From contig NC_134029.1 of NCBI RefSeq assembly GCF_964204645.1, positions 14,874,950 through 14,938,949 of the forward strand: a stretch of 64,000 bases of DNA. The letters run 5' to 3'. A model generated the notes under the pieces. The model saw only the letters and a program-made list of their open reading frames with translations. It had not been told where the DNA came from and did not search any database. This document shows positions 46,930-60,700 of the stretch, in pieces. The translations under genes were made by a program, and so were the position numbers. Origin of the DNA: Tubulanus polymorphus (lineage: Eukaryota > Animalia > Nemertea). Numbering within the stretch: position 1 is the first letter of the stretch; each line of letters opens with the position of its first letter.

Positions 46930-47670
46930 ATTGCAAACATCTCGCAGGATGTGGGTATTACCATTAGAAAAAATTATATCATATCAACTTCGTATATGAT
47001 CTATGTTTCTTTAAAGAAAATTACTTTGAGAGCTGCTTTATCGAAGTTAACTGTACCAAAGGTAAAAACATTATAATTGGAGAGGTGTATAGCGTTCCTG
47101 GGTCCAGTGAAAAAAATTTTACTGATGATTATACTAGTTTATTAAATAGAATAAAACCTAAAAAAACAGTTTTCATAGGTATGGACTAAAATCTTGTTTA
47201 TCTAAAAGTAAATACTCATAACAACACTAAGAAATTTTAGGAATTAAATATAAGTAATGGATCATTCCCAACAATTGTCAGGCCCACTAGAATTACACAC
47301 TGTACAGCCACATTGATCGATAATATTTATGTTAGCTTGAAATTTATGATTTTAAATCAGCTGTTGTAACGTCACTCCTCATTTTCCATGCCTTCTAACT
47401 TTTAAAGATTTTAATTATGAATATATGTACAAACAAGAAACAAAATTCTGATTTTACAGACAAATTTATTTATAGAAATACAAAAGAGACTATCATTTAT
47501 TGATTTTAGTGATATAGATCAATGAAATACTGAAGAAGGATATGAGTATTTATTGAAAGGTATTTCAGAAACTATTGACATATTAGGTAACACCATTACA
47601 AATAAAAAGACACAGAACAATAACGATTACTGAACCATGGATGACACCAAATTACCGTAAATGCTGTTTC
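46930..47670 (+). pseudogene. LINE (CR1/L2-like) APE endonuclease remnant; probable N-terminal part at ~43340-43508
   Basis: FESCFIEV, IIGEVY, PTIVRPTRITHCTATLIDNIYV, EPWMT; upstream piece DPDYHL...MNVVHL. Confidence 0.7.
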
Positions 47671-47869
47671 AAACAAAGACAGTATAATTGTTGTGATTAT
47701 TTACTGACTCGTGGATTCAACTACAAACAAAATTTGCAATTAAAAATCTGGCAACATTGATGCGACCGGTAGTACAAAAAATTTGTTTCTTCATAATCCG
47801 AAAATAAAATCAATTTTACGAATTGAATACCCCAGAGACCTACCCCTCTTAAAAGGGAGTAGGAATACG

Positions 47870-48040
47870 ATGTTTAGGAGGGTTGACTCCCTGGCAAAGT
47901 TTCATGGACAGTTTCAAGTCAGCTGTCCATAACGACCAACATCTCGATAATGTCATCATGTTTCAGTGCCTTAGAGGATTAGTAACCGGAGAGGCTTCAT
48001 ATACGATTGTAGGGTTAGCTCTAACCGATGCAAATTAAGT
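47870..48040 (+). pseudogene. BEL/Pao gag (DUF1759-like) fragment
   Basis: WQSFMDSFKSAVHNDQHLDNVIMFQCLRGLVTGEA...GLALTDAN. Confidence 0.7.
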
Positions 48041-49942
48041 GCAATAGGCCTACACCCCTTCTGACCGGATGCTAGGCATGCGTATACGTAGGCCTACATA
48101 GGCTAGTAGCCGCTACTAGGTTAAGCTGTGGTCCCTCTAAAGGAGGAATTAGATTTATCAGATCGATAAATAAGGAATCAGATGATTGAACAGAAAGTAT
48201 ATTGTCAAAATTTTCTTGTAACAAGAGGTTTTTTCGTTCGAACAAATATATTCGATCAAATGTTTTTCATTCCTAAGATTGAACTAAATAGTCTAAAGTC
48301 TATCCGAGTAGTTATGACCGGGTACATCATAGAGTTGTTACACTCACATATCTGGATCCCTGTGGTTTCTATCACTCAGCCCTACGAGTAATTGAGGTCA
48401 AGCGACTACTGCATTCAAGAGTGAATAATATACCATCAACTGGCCATTCATTAAAGGATATAAAATACACATTTTTATTATTTTACTTAACCCTTTATTG
48501 AATTTTTAGTTTCATTTTGGGAATAATCATGTCATGTCGCAAATTCAACCTGATTGAATTTGTACATCTATAAACTCTTCAGAGTCTGTGGATATAATAT
48601 TATTAGTTATCTGAAATTATCTCATGAGTTGACTGCTGTTGTTTTGCTTGAAACACCGTCTAAATATAATCTTTCAACTTGGAAATTGGTTTTGACACTT
48701 CATAATGTAAATAAACACTGACTTCAGCATCCAACGAAAATATTGACTCTTGAATGCAAACAAGACTTCAAAACTGAATTTTCATTGCTTATTATTTCAT
48801 TTTCTTGGGTTAAGTCTGGAAAGGTTTTTCATATTATTCACTCTTGCCTGTTACTATAGTAACAAGCAGCTGGGGTCCAGCGAGTCAGCGATGCTCAGTG
48901 TGAGTTTGATCACTTACAGCTGTCAGTATCAATTAAATCGTTGTTGATACTGGCTGGCTCTTTGAGAGTGAAATGCTGCGGTCATTACCACTGAGATAAA
49001 CTTGTAATGTATTTTGACTACTTATTAAGACTATTTAGTTCCACGAATATTTTACTAGTCTTAACTCATTCACTCCGGAATTTTCAAATCTAAAATACGG
49101 CGTAGCATACGGATTTTCCCCCATTATGGTTAACAAGGGATTCCCCTCTGGTTCTTCCCATGATCAATAGTGTCTATGACGCGTTGAAATTTTATGAAAA
49201 TTTCTGGCTGGGGAAAAGTGATGATAATGATAATAATCAACAAACTAACAAGAGGGTTTCTGATGAGTATTCATTGTTTAATTTTTCATCTGCTCTCTTT
49301 CTAGAGGCCATTTGAAACTGGAATGATTGGATAAAGCACTAAATCTAAAAAAGGCACACTAAAATTGAATGTGAAGGCAAATTTAGCGGCATGATACCAA
49401 TAAATGGCACTCAAACTCCCTCGCTGGGCATTAATACTGGCCCTTTTCATACTGTGCTGTAGTCAGTGAATGGCCCTGGATCCGCGCCTGAATCCTATAG
49501 GAAAAGATTGCCAAAAACGCTAGCTAGTGGCAATCATTAAGGAAATAAGCTGGTAAAATTACAATTTTTGGACTGTTTATTGGCTTGCAGAATTGCAAAA
49601 ATGCAGCCAATCAATTTTATATATTTTGTGCACTCTTCCCAGAGCCCTAAATGTGTTCTGGTCATTTTTAAATCCAACCTCTAATTGCATGCAAGTGAAA
49701 GTTATCAAATTAATATAATTGTTCATGCCTCTAGATACTAGAAAGGTAAACAACTTTGATGGTGGCAAATTGTTTATGATCATAATACATCATATCATTG
49801 AAATCTACCAAAATAATTGAAAAAAGGGTGAACCACTGTGAACATGCCAAATGAACAATTAGGCTGAAGGGTTTTAAGTCCATGGACCTATCTTGTTTTC
49901 CGAATAAGTACCTTCATTAAAACATGTATTTCTTATTTCCAG

Positions 49943-50032
49943 CATTCACTTGTCATGACCAAGGATGTCCAACTGTTTTGTTTGCACCTCAGCATCATGC
50001 GTTAATAAGTGGAGGAAAGAAAGGAGAGATTT
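49943..50032 (+). CDS. DMXL: DmX-like WD40 exon 4 in window
   Basis: tttccag|...|gt; (A)FTCHDQGCPTVLFAPQHHALISGGKKGEI; phase 1/1. Confidence 0.88.
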
Positions 50033-50768
50033 GTATCCTTAGAAATATTAATAATTGACTTTGAATATCAAATTTTGTTAATCTAGGGCAGTGTCATTTC
50101 AGGGGAAGATAAACAATTGTCTCCCCCATTGAAGTAGAGACATCAATGTCTCCTGTGTTCGCCGCCCCCTTCAAATTCATAGGACATTTTTTTCCAGATG
50201 AAAGGCTTTTCACTGTGCAAATAAGCATATTCATTCTAATCAATCAATAGAGCATTATCATAACCCATTCTCTAATTCCTAAGAACATAATTTTGAAATT
50301 ATATTAGCTGCAACAATCAGCCGCTGTTCATGTTAACCTTCTGTATCGTCTGCTGTTTTGCTTCCGGTATTTGTTACAAGATTAAACATTGTATACTGCA
50401 AGTTCAATTTCTGTGAAATCTTCAGTTGGTGGGATGTTAGGAAAGAATTCTTATTTGCACTATAAAAAATTGATCCCTGACTATTGTGCAAGTATCTGGA
50501 AAATATAGCTCTATTCTCAATGGTGCACTAGGCACGGATGACCTTGTTATGCCATGTGCTTGAATTACAAATTCAATCAAATTTTATTTTGCCAAAAAGC
50601 ACTAAGCCCAATTCAGTTTTATTGTATTGAACAAAACAAAATTACATGAAATGAAAATCCCTTTTCGTTCTGCCTCAATTTCCCTCGGTCTCTCGTTGAA
50701 AAATTTGTTCGTTTAACCATCGGTGATTATTTTCTTCAACACGTTATACATCCTTCATCGTTTTTAAG

Positions 50769-50896
50769 GTATTTTCGATATACGCCAGAGACAACTATTA
50801 CAAACTTTTCAGGCCCATGAGTCAGCTGTGCGCTGCATGACACTCGGTCCAAATGAAGAATATTTTGTCACGGGCTCGGCTGATGGAAATGTTAAG
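50769..50896 (+). CDS. DMXL: DmX-like WD40 exon 5 in window
   Basis: tttttaag|...|gtaagt; (C)IFDIRQRQLLQTFQAHESAVRCMTLGPNEEYFVTGSADGNVK. The following exon was not found in the window. Confidence 0.92.
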
Positions 50897-53263
50897 GTAA
50901 GTGTCACAAATTTCTGTAGAGCCATCAATCCATCGAAATGAAGTAATATGTTATTTCAACTTCACGAACAATTTTTTCACACTATGTACAAATAAATATC
51001 TCTTCAAATTCTTCAAACCCACACCTCTACTATCCAGTTCCTGCTCTAAAGCTGCAAAACATATAGTAAATCATAGGTAAAATACACTAATATCTAATAT
51101 TCGATTTTCGTATACTTATGGACTTAATGTGTCCCGTAAACCCGTTCATTACTCAATTAGAATTCACAATTGTTTAATTCTCCGAATTACCGAACAACGG
51201 TTATTTTACTACTACATAAATATACTTCAACCGACCAATGGCTAAACAGCAGGATTTCTCCTGAAACATCTGTGTACTTGTCCTGGTACACACACCACAA
51301 ACCACTCCCAACTATAATCCTACTCCCTCATATACATGTATCCATAACCATGCACTGTAGCACTTGACGAGTTACACACTGTACAGCCAGCTCAGTCCTG
51401 TGACAGGTATATAGTAGCCCTAAATCTGTAAGTTGCTAATAAAGCTGTGCATGCACTCTTTTACATTTTTGCAAGTTGCTTAGCACACATTATTTCGGCT
51501 CATGGGTAGAAGTATGAGTAGATATTTTTGTTCATGCATGTCAAAACACATGTGAGCAGAAATCCAACGTATAAATTCTTGCTCATGTCCTCAATATATA
51601 AAGAGTCTTTTAACTTCATATTGGATAAAATATAATTAATTGCATTACTGGACTTACGAATTACTATTGCTACCTAGCTTTCAAATACCCTATACGATAT
51701 TTGTGCATAATAACAGAAAGTGGATGTATTTTAAAGCTCATAATTACTATGGTCTTAGGCCGTTTTTATAATAGCATGGTTTATGGGGTAGACAGTAAAA
51801 TATCATTTCGGAGGAAGAAATAAAAATAAGGAAGAATTTACCTCAGTGAGATAAAATCACTTTTTGATGGAAGAGTGAACTGTCGATAGGGCAATATACA
51901 TATGTCCAACCAAATTATTCTTGGGAAGTTCGAATTCTGCGCGCTGTGATCAAAAAAGAACCTAGCGTTTTTCAATTTTTTCATCATTTCAGGCAGGATC
52001 CACATTCGTCAGAGGTTAAAAATCTTTTTTTGCTCATTTTTTCACTGAATTTGTTCCACAGACAGGAATAAAAATAAAACTTCCTCAAATTTCGGGAGGT
52101 GGTTCCCATAAACCAAGCTATTAAAAAAAGGCTTAGCAAATGGCACTGGACATTCAGTTCAATGTTAACCATAGACTTAATGAATTAATGCCACTAATTT
52201 TAACTGATATTTTTGAAACACAATAACTGGAGAAATACCCCTAATTGTGGCGGTTTAGTGGTTGCATTAGAATATGAAAATCTGCACATATATACATGCA
52301 TCTTCTGATAAATTGCAGTCCATATTTAGCAAATGATCTCGAGATAATTGGCCAGCTCTACATCTGTGCACCCAAATAGAGCAGTTTCTACTAATACTGC
52401 TAAAAATGAACAAATTTTTCAAACAATGATGTGGCCAGTTCCAAGTTCACTTCTAAAATTGTTCTTTGACTAAGCTTTTTTTTTCCCAGGGAAAAAATAT
52501 CCCAATCTATCATAACCAACTTTGAAATGTAGTTAATTTCACATCATAATAAAACCAGAGAACAAACTTGGTAATACATTTCAATAACAATTTTAACATT
52601 TTTACAACAAATAATGGCTCTACATGTATTTTGATTTAATTATTTGTATTATAGATTTGAAATCTTCTTAAATTTGACGTAATTATTGAAGAAACTGTGC
52701 ATTTACTTTATAACTTTATACGATTTTCTCCATTAATGATATGTAATTCTTGTCGATCTATATGCGAAAATAAAATCTATAGACTCGAGCCAATTTGTGG
52801 GTAGTTTACAATTAAATCCAGTTTATTCTGGTTTTGAAAACAATAACCCGAGCCAATTTGTGAGCAGTTTGCAATTAGATCCAGTTTATGCTGGTTTTAA
52901 AACAATAGCTCGAGCAACATTACGAGCAAGTTACATGAAATTCCAGCTCAAACCAGTTGGGCTCAAACCAGCCCAAACATTTCCGATTATTTTCTTCTTC
53001 TGTTAAAAAATCAGTGGTTAAACAAGCTTTTTTCCGCCTTTCGACAGTACCATTGGTCGTATGTGCATTGTTTCTATCGAACCTTCTCGACATGTACTTT
53101 GACATGCTTGAGCAAGAATTTCCGCTCATGCCTTCATTGGAATATGATTTAAAGATATCCGCATGAGCAGTAACATCTGCTCGCGAGCAGTTTGCAAAAA
53201 TGCAAAAGAGTGCATGCACAACTTTATGAGCAACTTAAAGAAAGTGGGTGTATTTTATAGCTC

Positions 53264-55560
53264 TGTGAATAACAAATATAGTATAAGAGATTATCACAGA
53301 AATACGTAACAGAAATACTTCACATCTATCCCCCCCCCCGAAATAACACAAATTTCAAGTTTTGTTAACCTTTAGGGGGTTAACTACATACGGCATATCG
53401 AATATCGTCATTTTGATTTTCACTTCCGCATCTACTCATGTGATCAGCAGTCACGTGATCCCGCCCATTGACCGCTTTAATTCTGAATCTATACTTCTGT
53501 AACTCCAGTGCCCAATACATTACACGTTCGTTGTTAATCTTCACCCTATTCAAAAATTTTAATGTTTGATGATCAACTTCTAAAGTGAACTCTCTACCAA
53601 ATAAGTATTGGCATAATCGTTTTATAACCCAAACAAGTGCAAGACACTCGCGCTCAATTATGAATGATTCAGCAGGCTTCAGTTTACGACTGACGTACAT
53701 GACAGGAAGTTTCTTCCCACTAAATTCCTGCATCAGAGCTCCACCTATCCCAAGAGAAGATGCATCAGCACACACAATGAATTCTCTCTCAAAATCAGGC
53801 AATCTCTTGGTTTCTGTGCAACTATCTGCTTTATTAAATAAAAAGCTTCAATTGTTTTGTCCGACCACTGTAAATTTACAGGGTGCCCTTTTTTATCATA
53901 TCCGTTAAAGGCTTCACCAAGTCGGTGTAATTCGATATGAATTTGGAATGGTAGCCAGTCATACCTAGGAATGCTCTTAACTGTTTCTTTGTTTCAGGAA
54001 GAGCTACTTCTAACACGCATTCAACTTTATCATCTTGGCAATGAATGTTGGGGCCCCCGAAACTGTGACCCACAAAATCAATCTCGAAATAACCAAACTT
54101 ACACTTTGACGGACGGGCTGTTAACCCATTATCTCTCAATCTCTGAAAATCATTTCTTAATGTGGCCATATGATGATACCACTTTACTGTACCAACGATT
54201 AAATCATCAATATAATTACCAGAATGCTCAATATTCTGTAAAAATCTTCTCATCATTCGGCAAAATACTTGACCAGAATTCACTAACCCAAATGGCATAA
54301 CTTTAAACTGTTCCAACCCGCTTTCCGTTTGAATACTAGTCAAATGCTTACAGCACTCACACATTGGTATTTGCCAATACCCTTTCGCTGAATCGATTTT
54401 CGCTGAATCGATTTTGGTCAGGAAATTCTTGCCTTTCATTTTCATCAAAACAGACTTGATCTGACGAAGGCTCAGCCAAAACTTTGTCTGCGCATTTAAC
54501 CTCCTGAAATCGATACGATAGCGTATCGTGCCGTCAGATTTGCCTACAACTATGGGTGGACTAGAGAAATTACTGTCAGACTCTTCTATTACATCCATCT
54601 TCTCAACTTCTTCATTCAATTGCTTTTGAAGTGAAAAAGGAGTGGGGTATGGTTTTAAATGCAAAGGGGTATCATCTTCTAACTCGATATACATTTTGAT
54701 TAAACTAGTCCTACCTGGCAAATCACTAATAACATCAGCATATACCTGTAACAAATCTCTTAACTCATCCTGTTAATCCCATGACAACTCAGGATTTATA
54801 TCAGCATCCATCCATGGACACTAACGGACAAAATTCTATACCACACGCTTCATCAGGAACACCCTCGGCTGAGTTGTTTTCAAACATCTGTAATCTCCCA
54901 GGATCAGTACAACTTAATGTATTCTCTCTATCAAAATACTTTTTAAGCATATTTACATGAAATGTTTTCACTTTTCCATACACGTCTATCCTTTAATCAT
55001 TTTCATAACCTTTCCACTGCATAGTGAGCTTATTAATATCAGTTGGCAACAATTATAATTCCTTATCGCCTAACTTTAATTTCCGACCTTTCACCTTATT
55101 GTTATAGTACTTACTCTGCTTGACCTTGGCTTTACTTAATTCTTCATTAGGCATCCTACATGTTTCATCCATGCGTTGTCTTAGTTCAAATACATACTGA
55201 TATGTAGATCTTACTTCCGGTTCTTCTTTCTAGCCAACCCACAATTCTTTAAGGATAGATAATGGCCCTCATACGGTTCAACCGTATAGTAGTTCGAAAG
55301 GAGAGAATATCAAAGACTCTCGGGGTACCTCCCTGTACGTGAATAGTAAACTGGGCAAATAACAATCCCAGTCTTATAGTCTTTCGCCGCTCATTCTTTG
55401 TAACATTCGTTTCAAAACTCCATTTAAATTCTCACAAAGACCATTTGCCATTGGATGGTATGGAGAGTTCAGTATGCCCTTAATAGACACAACCTATAAA
55501 CCTCTTTACATACCTCTGAAATGAGGACCTCTGTCGGACACCACCTCTCTCAGAACCCCT
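53264..55560 (-). mobile_element. Gmr1-like Ty3/Gypsy remnant (INT-RT-RH order), 5'-truncated
   Basis: Minus strand: SPYHPMANGLCE...SPFELLYG, FHVNMLK, then RT (KGYWQI, MPFGL, YIDD), RNase H (CADASSLGIG, ERECLA); G-rich PPT at ~53328-53340 and a 61-bp TGTGAA...TTCACA LTR remnant. Confidence 0.85.
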
Positions 55561-56015
55561 TGATTTTGGGTTCCAAGGATTAAAGCTCAAGGTCACTACA
55601 GGTCATTCATGTGAAACCTTGTGAACATGATTCAGGAAGACTTGTTGATCAGGGATGAGGTTTCCCGTTTTAAAAAAAAAACAAGCTTTACAAATTGTCC
55701 AGATCCGTTGAGAAATTGATGGAGGTGGAAGGTTTGCTGTGTGTGGCATTATGTTTCAGTTCACAAAACTGAGTATTTTAGCATGCTTGACAGTGCCCAA
55801 AGATTTTTGTTATGTGCTGCCATCTGGTATCGCCAATATAACTACTGCAAAAAAATAACCAGTTCATGCTGCTATCTAAAGAATTGAAACAAGGCTGTTA
55901 AGGAAATCATGCTGGGAACCCCCACTTGTAGCTTAGTGCCTATGTTGCAGTTTAGCTCCAATTTCAGTAATTAACAGAAATTTTCATCTGGTTGATAGCA
56001 GGACTATGATATTAC

Positions 56016-56235
56016 TGTAAAGATTTGGGGTATCCTCAGTTTGGTACGACAAAAGAGGCCCGAAGATTCCTGTGAACCCACAAAATAATTACACAAAAGA
56101 TCTGAGTTACTAGACAATACCTCTATTCCACGATGGGCACAACAAGAAGGAAGAACAATAGAACAAAAGATCTTAGGTGGCGCACCAGTACGGTGCGCCT
56201 ACAATAATAACAATAGGACGGCTCCAGCCGTCACA
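56016..56235 (-). repeat. 3' LTR
   Basis: Direct repeat of 63155-63377; adjacent PPT. Confidence 0.9.
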
Positions 56236-56607
56236 TCACTCTCCCCTTAAAAACAATGGTTTGATTGGGTCAAACCATTATAGACAAAATCCCCTGAAAG
56301 TTCATTGTTCATTTGCGCAATTCTATTTCACAGTCCTATATACACACAAGTACAAGTAGCAGATTTGGGGACGATTTGTGCCAGCACTAAAATCCAAACC
56401 ACTTTAGGTAGAAAATTATTCTGGCCCCCGCGTAGTCCAGCAGATGGATTTGATGGTCCACTGGTCGAGGCAGTCATCCTGGTTGGTAATTGACGCACAA
56501 GTGTCGAGCGATTGACCTGAAAAATTAAAGGACAGACAGCAGAAAACGAAACGAAAACAACAGAGCTGAGCTCTAGTTGATTCCCTGCAGGGTCGTATGG
56601 GATGTGG

Positions 56608-57420
56608 TTAGATTATGCAAGATACCGCCCAATGAGGAAAATGACGGATAATGTCAGCCTTCACTCTTCTAAGCCCTGCCAATGTATAGTGGACCCCATG
56701 GTACATACGGTCGGGTAGGTCGGGATGCTCCAGGTGGATGAACCCCACCCGCTCTGCTGCTACGTTTACCTGGTGTGAACGTCGAACTGCATCAGGGTTT
56801 TTGTGAAAACACGGGCGTATTGGAACCTCCAGGTGGAAAAGTTTGCGCCCGGGATAACGTTTGGATAATAGTCCATACGCCTCAACCATGGCCTTTTCCG
56901 TTTCCGCGAAACCTCGTTAGTGGTTAGTACCATGGTTAACCACTACTGCTTGGCAGGGGACCACACACCCTTTTAACGTTTCCAGGAGCTGTTCTAAAGT
57001 CTCACCAGAGTGAGCGATCAGGAAAAATGTTGGGCGAAACTTTGGTTCGCGAGAACATAGAGTCTGAAACGAGTAGGATTCGGGGGCTACTTTTGGATCT
57101 CAACTTGCCAACGTTCCTCCGGCAGCCTCGACCATGGCTCGGATTTCTCCAACCGCTGCAGTCATGCGGTCTTCAGCAGCAGACTTCCTCCTGGCTCTCA
57201 GAGAAAACAGCTTGATCGCAGATATTGCAGTGCCGGTAACCTTTGCGCCAGGTGGCACAAAGAAGGCATTGTATTGATCCACGAGTTCCACTGTTTTCGG
57301 ACGTGACACATTCTTTCCATAGAGGATGAAGTCAACCAGATATTTTGCCATCTGGGTGACCAAATCTTTCTTTCTTCCAAGTTGTCGAGCTGTAAGACTT
57401 CCATTGGAACCTGCACCAAT
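56608..57420 (-). pseudogene. Extra ORF with SGNH/GDSL hydrolase-like domain
   Basis: Across frameshifts: RILLVSDSM (block I), AHSGET (II), VVVNHGTN (III), HGVHYT (V). Confidence 0.65.
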
Positions 57421-57799
57421 AAAAAAATAAATTCATCGATAAGTAGTGTACTACTTTAAGTTCTACATTATCAAGAGCAGAGCAGGTAGCGGACGTCTCG
57501 CTGTTAACCCAGAAAAGACAAAGAAATACCCCGGCCAAATCTTCTTAGATTTGACCCTAACTGCCAGGCCAGGCCACATAAGCTTACAATTAGCAATAGC
57601 CTGGACATAGTCTTTCTGCCAGATCGGTTGTCGAATGTTCTGTCTCGACCTAAGTTGTCTGGTTGGCTCAGGGCTGTCTACCTCAAAACCTTGGATGGCG
57701 TCATCAGTGAAGGAAATGTCATCTGCGCACGAGTCATCCAATTTCTCTGTGTCTGTCTCACGGTCAGTTTCCACCACAGGTTGTATGGTTTCAAGACAG

Positions 57800-60700
57800 C
57801 TCACCCTCCACCAGCCTATCCTCCCCCGAACCACTATCCTCAGAAGAGGCAACATCCTCTGCACTATCGCTTTCGTATAGTGCAGTGTTTTCCAACTCTT
57901 CCTGAGGCATTCTCGCGGTGCAGCTGGACATCTATGCTGGTCTCGGACTCCGCATCACTTTCACTCACTAGTATCGGAGGGCTTGATTTTGGGTCCGAGG
58001 TTGGCTCATTCGGTATCGGCTCAGAGGATTCCACCGGACGGTCATAGTATGGCTTCATATCATTGAAGTGAATCACTTTAAGTCTCTTCTTGCCATATAG
58101 TGAGCACACACGGTAGTTCACCTCCGTTAGGCGCTCAATGACAATGTATGGTCCCAACCACTTCTTTTGCAACTTAGAGGCTTCCTCTGGTTTGACGTAG
58201 TGATTACGAAGCCACACCTTGTCACCTGTCATGTACCCCCCACGACGGGCAAAACGGTCATATGTCCCGCTGTCGTCTCTGGGCCAACTTCAACTTCTCC
58301 CTTACTGTCTCATGGGCTGACTCCAATTGAGATACGAGTTTATTGGCAAGCCCAGCAGAAGACATTCTCGGTGCTAGTCCATCAATTATCACATCCAACG
58401 GGATGCTCATCTCTTCATTAAAAGTCAGGAAGAATGGAGTCTCAGTGGTTGACTCCTCCTGTGCAGCAGAGCGGTAAGCCATTAAACAAGCTGGCAAGTG
58501 TTCATCCCAGTCAGAGCCTTTCTCATCAACAGCAGCAGACAGCATGGACTTCAGGGACTTATTCATATTCTCAACCTGGCCATTTCCTTGTGGATGGAAT
58601 GCTGTCGTCTGGGTCTTCTCAATGCCTAGCAATTTTGACATTTCTTTGAAGACAGTTGATGTAAAGTTGGATCCCTTGTCCGTGTGTATGGACTCCGGAC
58701 AACCAAAACGGCATACCGATTCGTTTACCAAGATACGTGCCACATTTTTAACCTGCTGGTTCCTCATAGGCCAAGCCTCCGGCTATTTTGTGAAAGCATC
58801 CTGGGCAACTAGGATATACTTGTTTTGTCACTTGGTAGCTGGATAAATAGGTCCAACCTCATCAATGTGAATCCTCTGGCCACGACGTCCAATGGGTGTT
58901 GATATTAATGGCGCTGTTGGCTTCTTTGGTGGGCTCTTAATTTCTTGCAACTCTGAATGTACCGCTGGATGTAATTTTTCAAACCTGGTCGCCAGAACCT
59001 TTCTTAAACTTTCAGTTCCGTCTTTCTGGTACCACTGTGTTTTCCATTCAGCCCATCATGTAGTTGGTACAAAACCTTGTTGATAAGGGAATGAGGGAGT
59101 ACTACACGGTTTCGCTGGTGTTTGGTTCCTGGGACTGGTTTGAGAAAGAGTATACCATCTATAAGTCCTAATCTCACAAACACTGCCACTAGGCTCCTTG
59201 CAAGTCGACCGTACTGTTTTGACTCCTGAGCTGTAGGCTATGCCTGTTCTTTTCCTAGCCTTTGATGTAAAATAGCTATTTCCGGGTCAGACCGTTGAGC
59301 CTTAGCAATCGCATCCCGTGAAATGGAGATTTGTTGCATCACACTCCCGATGATTGGATCTCGACTCTTCTTCACGTCAGTGGGGCCACATGTTGGGCAG
59401 ATACCATGCTTGCGTTTAGGTCGCCGAGACCATCCGCATTTCCATGAAGTTTTCCTGGTCTGTGTTGGATTTCGTAGTCATATTTTGCCAGTCGTTCATT
59501 CCATCGATCGATTTAGCCTTCCTGTTCCTTGAAGTTACGTAACCATTTTAATGCCGCATGGTCCGTTCTCAAGAGAAATTTCTTGCCAAGCAGGTAGTGC
59601 CGAAAGTGTCGTATCATGTCAACTAGCGACAGCATTTCCCTGCGAGTAGCGCAGTAATTCTCCTCCCCACCTTTCAAAGAGCGACCCGCATAAGCGATTA
59701 CCGGCTCAATACAATCCTTATCCGCTTGAGAGAGAACGACACTTATTGCGAAATCACTCGCGTCCGTGTCAAGGATGAAAGAACTTGCCATCTTGCTGAA
59801 ATCGAAAAAACTGAGGACGGGCAGATTTGACTTTGTTTCAAACTGTCAGAAGGCCATCTGATGTTCAGTGGTCCAGGTATAAGTGACACCTTTCTTCATA
59901 AGTTGGTACAGTGGCGCCACGATATTAAAATACCCTTTGTTGAACTTTGAGTAGTATGAAACTAATCCGATGAAGCTGCGGAGCTCAGTTTCGGCCAATC
60001 CCTGACACGATCACATCTCTGCGGATCTGTCTGGATTCCATTTTCGCTGACGACATGGCCCAGGAATGCAACTTGCCGTTGAAATAAATGGCACTTGGCT
60101 TCAACTTCAAGTTTGCAGCACGAAAACAGGCAAACACTTCTTTCAGACGTCCCAGGTGACTTTCCAGGTCGGGACTGAAAACAATAACGTCATCGAGATA
60201 CAGTAAACATGTTTTCCAAGCAACCTTGTATAGAACCAGCGACATGAGCCTCAAAAATGTGGCAGGAGCATTCGTAAGCCCAAATGGTATTGCGTTCCAC
60301 TCGAATATTCCTCGCTACATCACGAAGGCAGTTTTTGGCTTGTCCTTTTCACGTACAGGCACCTGCCAGTACCCACTCGCCATATCAAGTGATGAGAACA
60401 ACGCAGCACAAGAAAGGGACTCAAGCATGGCATCAACCCTTGGAAGTGGGTGGGCATCCTTGGTCGTGACATCATTTAGCCGCCTATAGTCAACACATAG
60501 CCGAAGGCTACCATCTGCTTTCTTAGCCATCACGATGGGGCTGGACCAGGCTCCACTTGATTTTCGAATGAGGTCATGTTCTAAGAGCTGGTTTGTAGAG
60601 GTTTCCACAAACGACTGTCAGTGTGGCGGTACCCTACGCGGTGGTTGTTTAATCGGTCGGCTTGAACCGGTGTCAATAGTGTGCTCCATCATAGAAGTCT

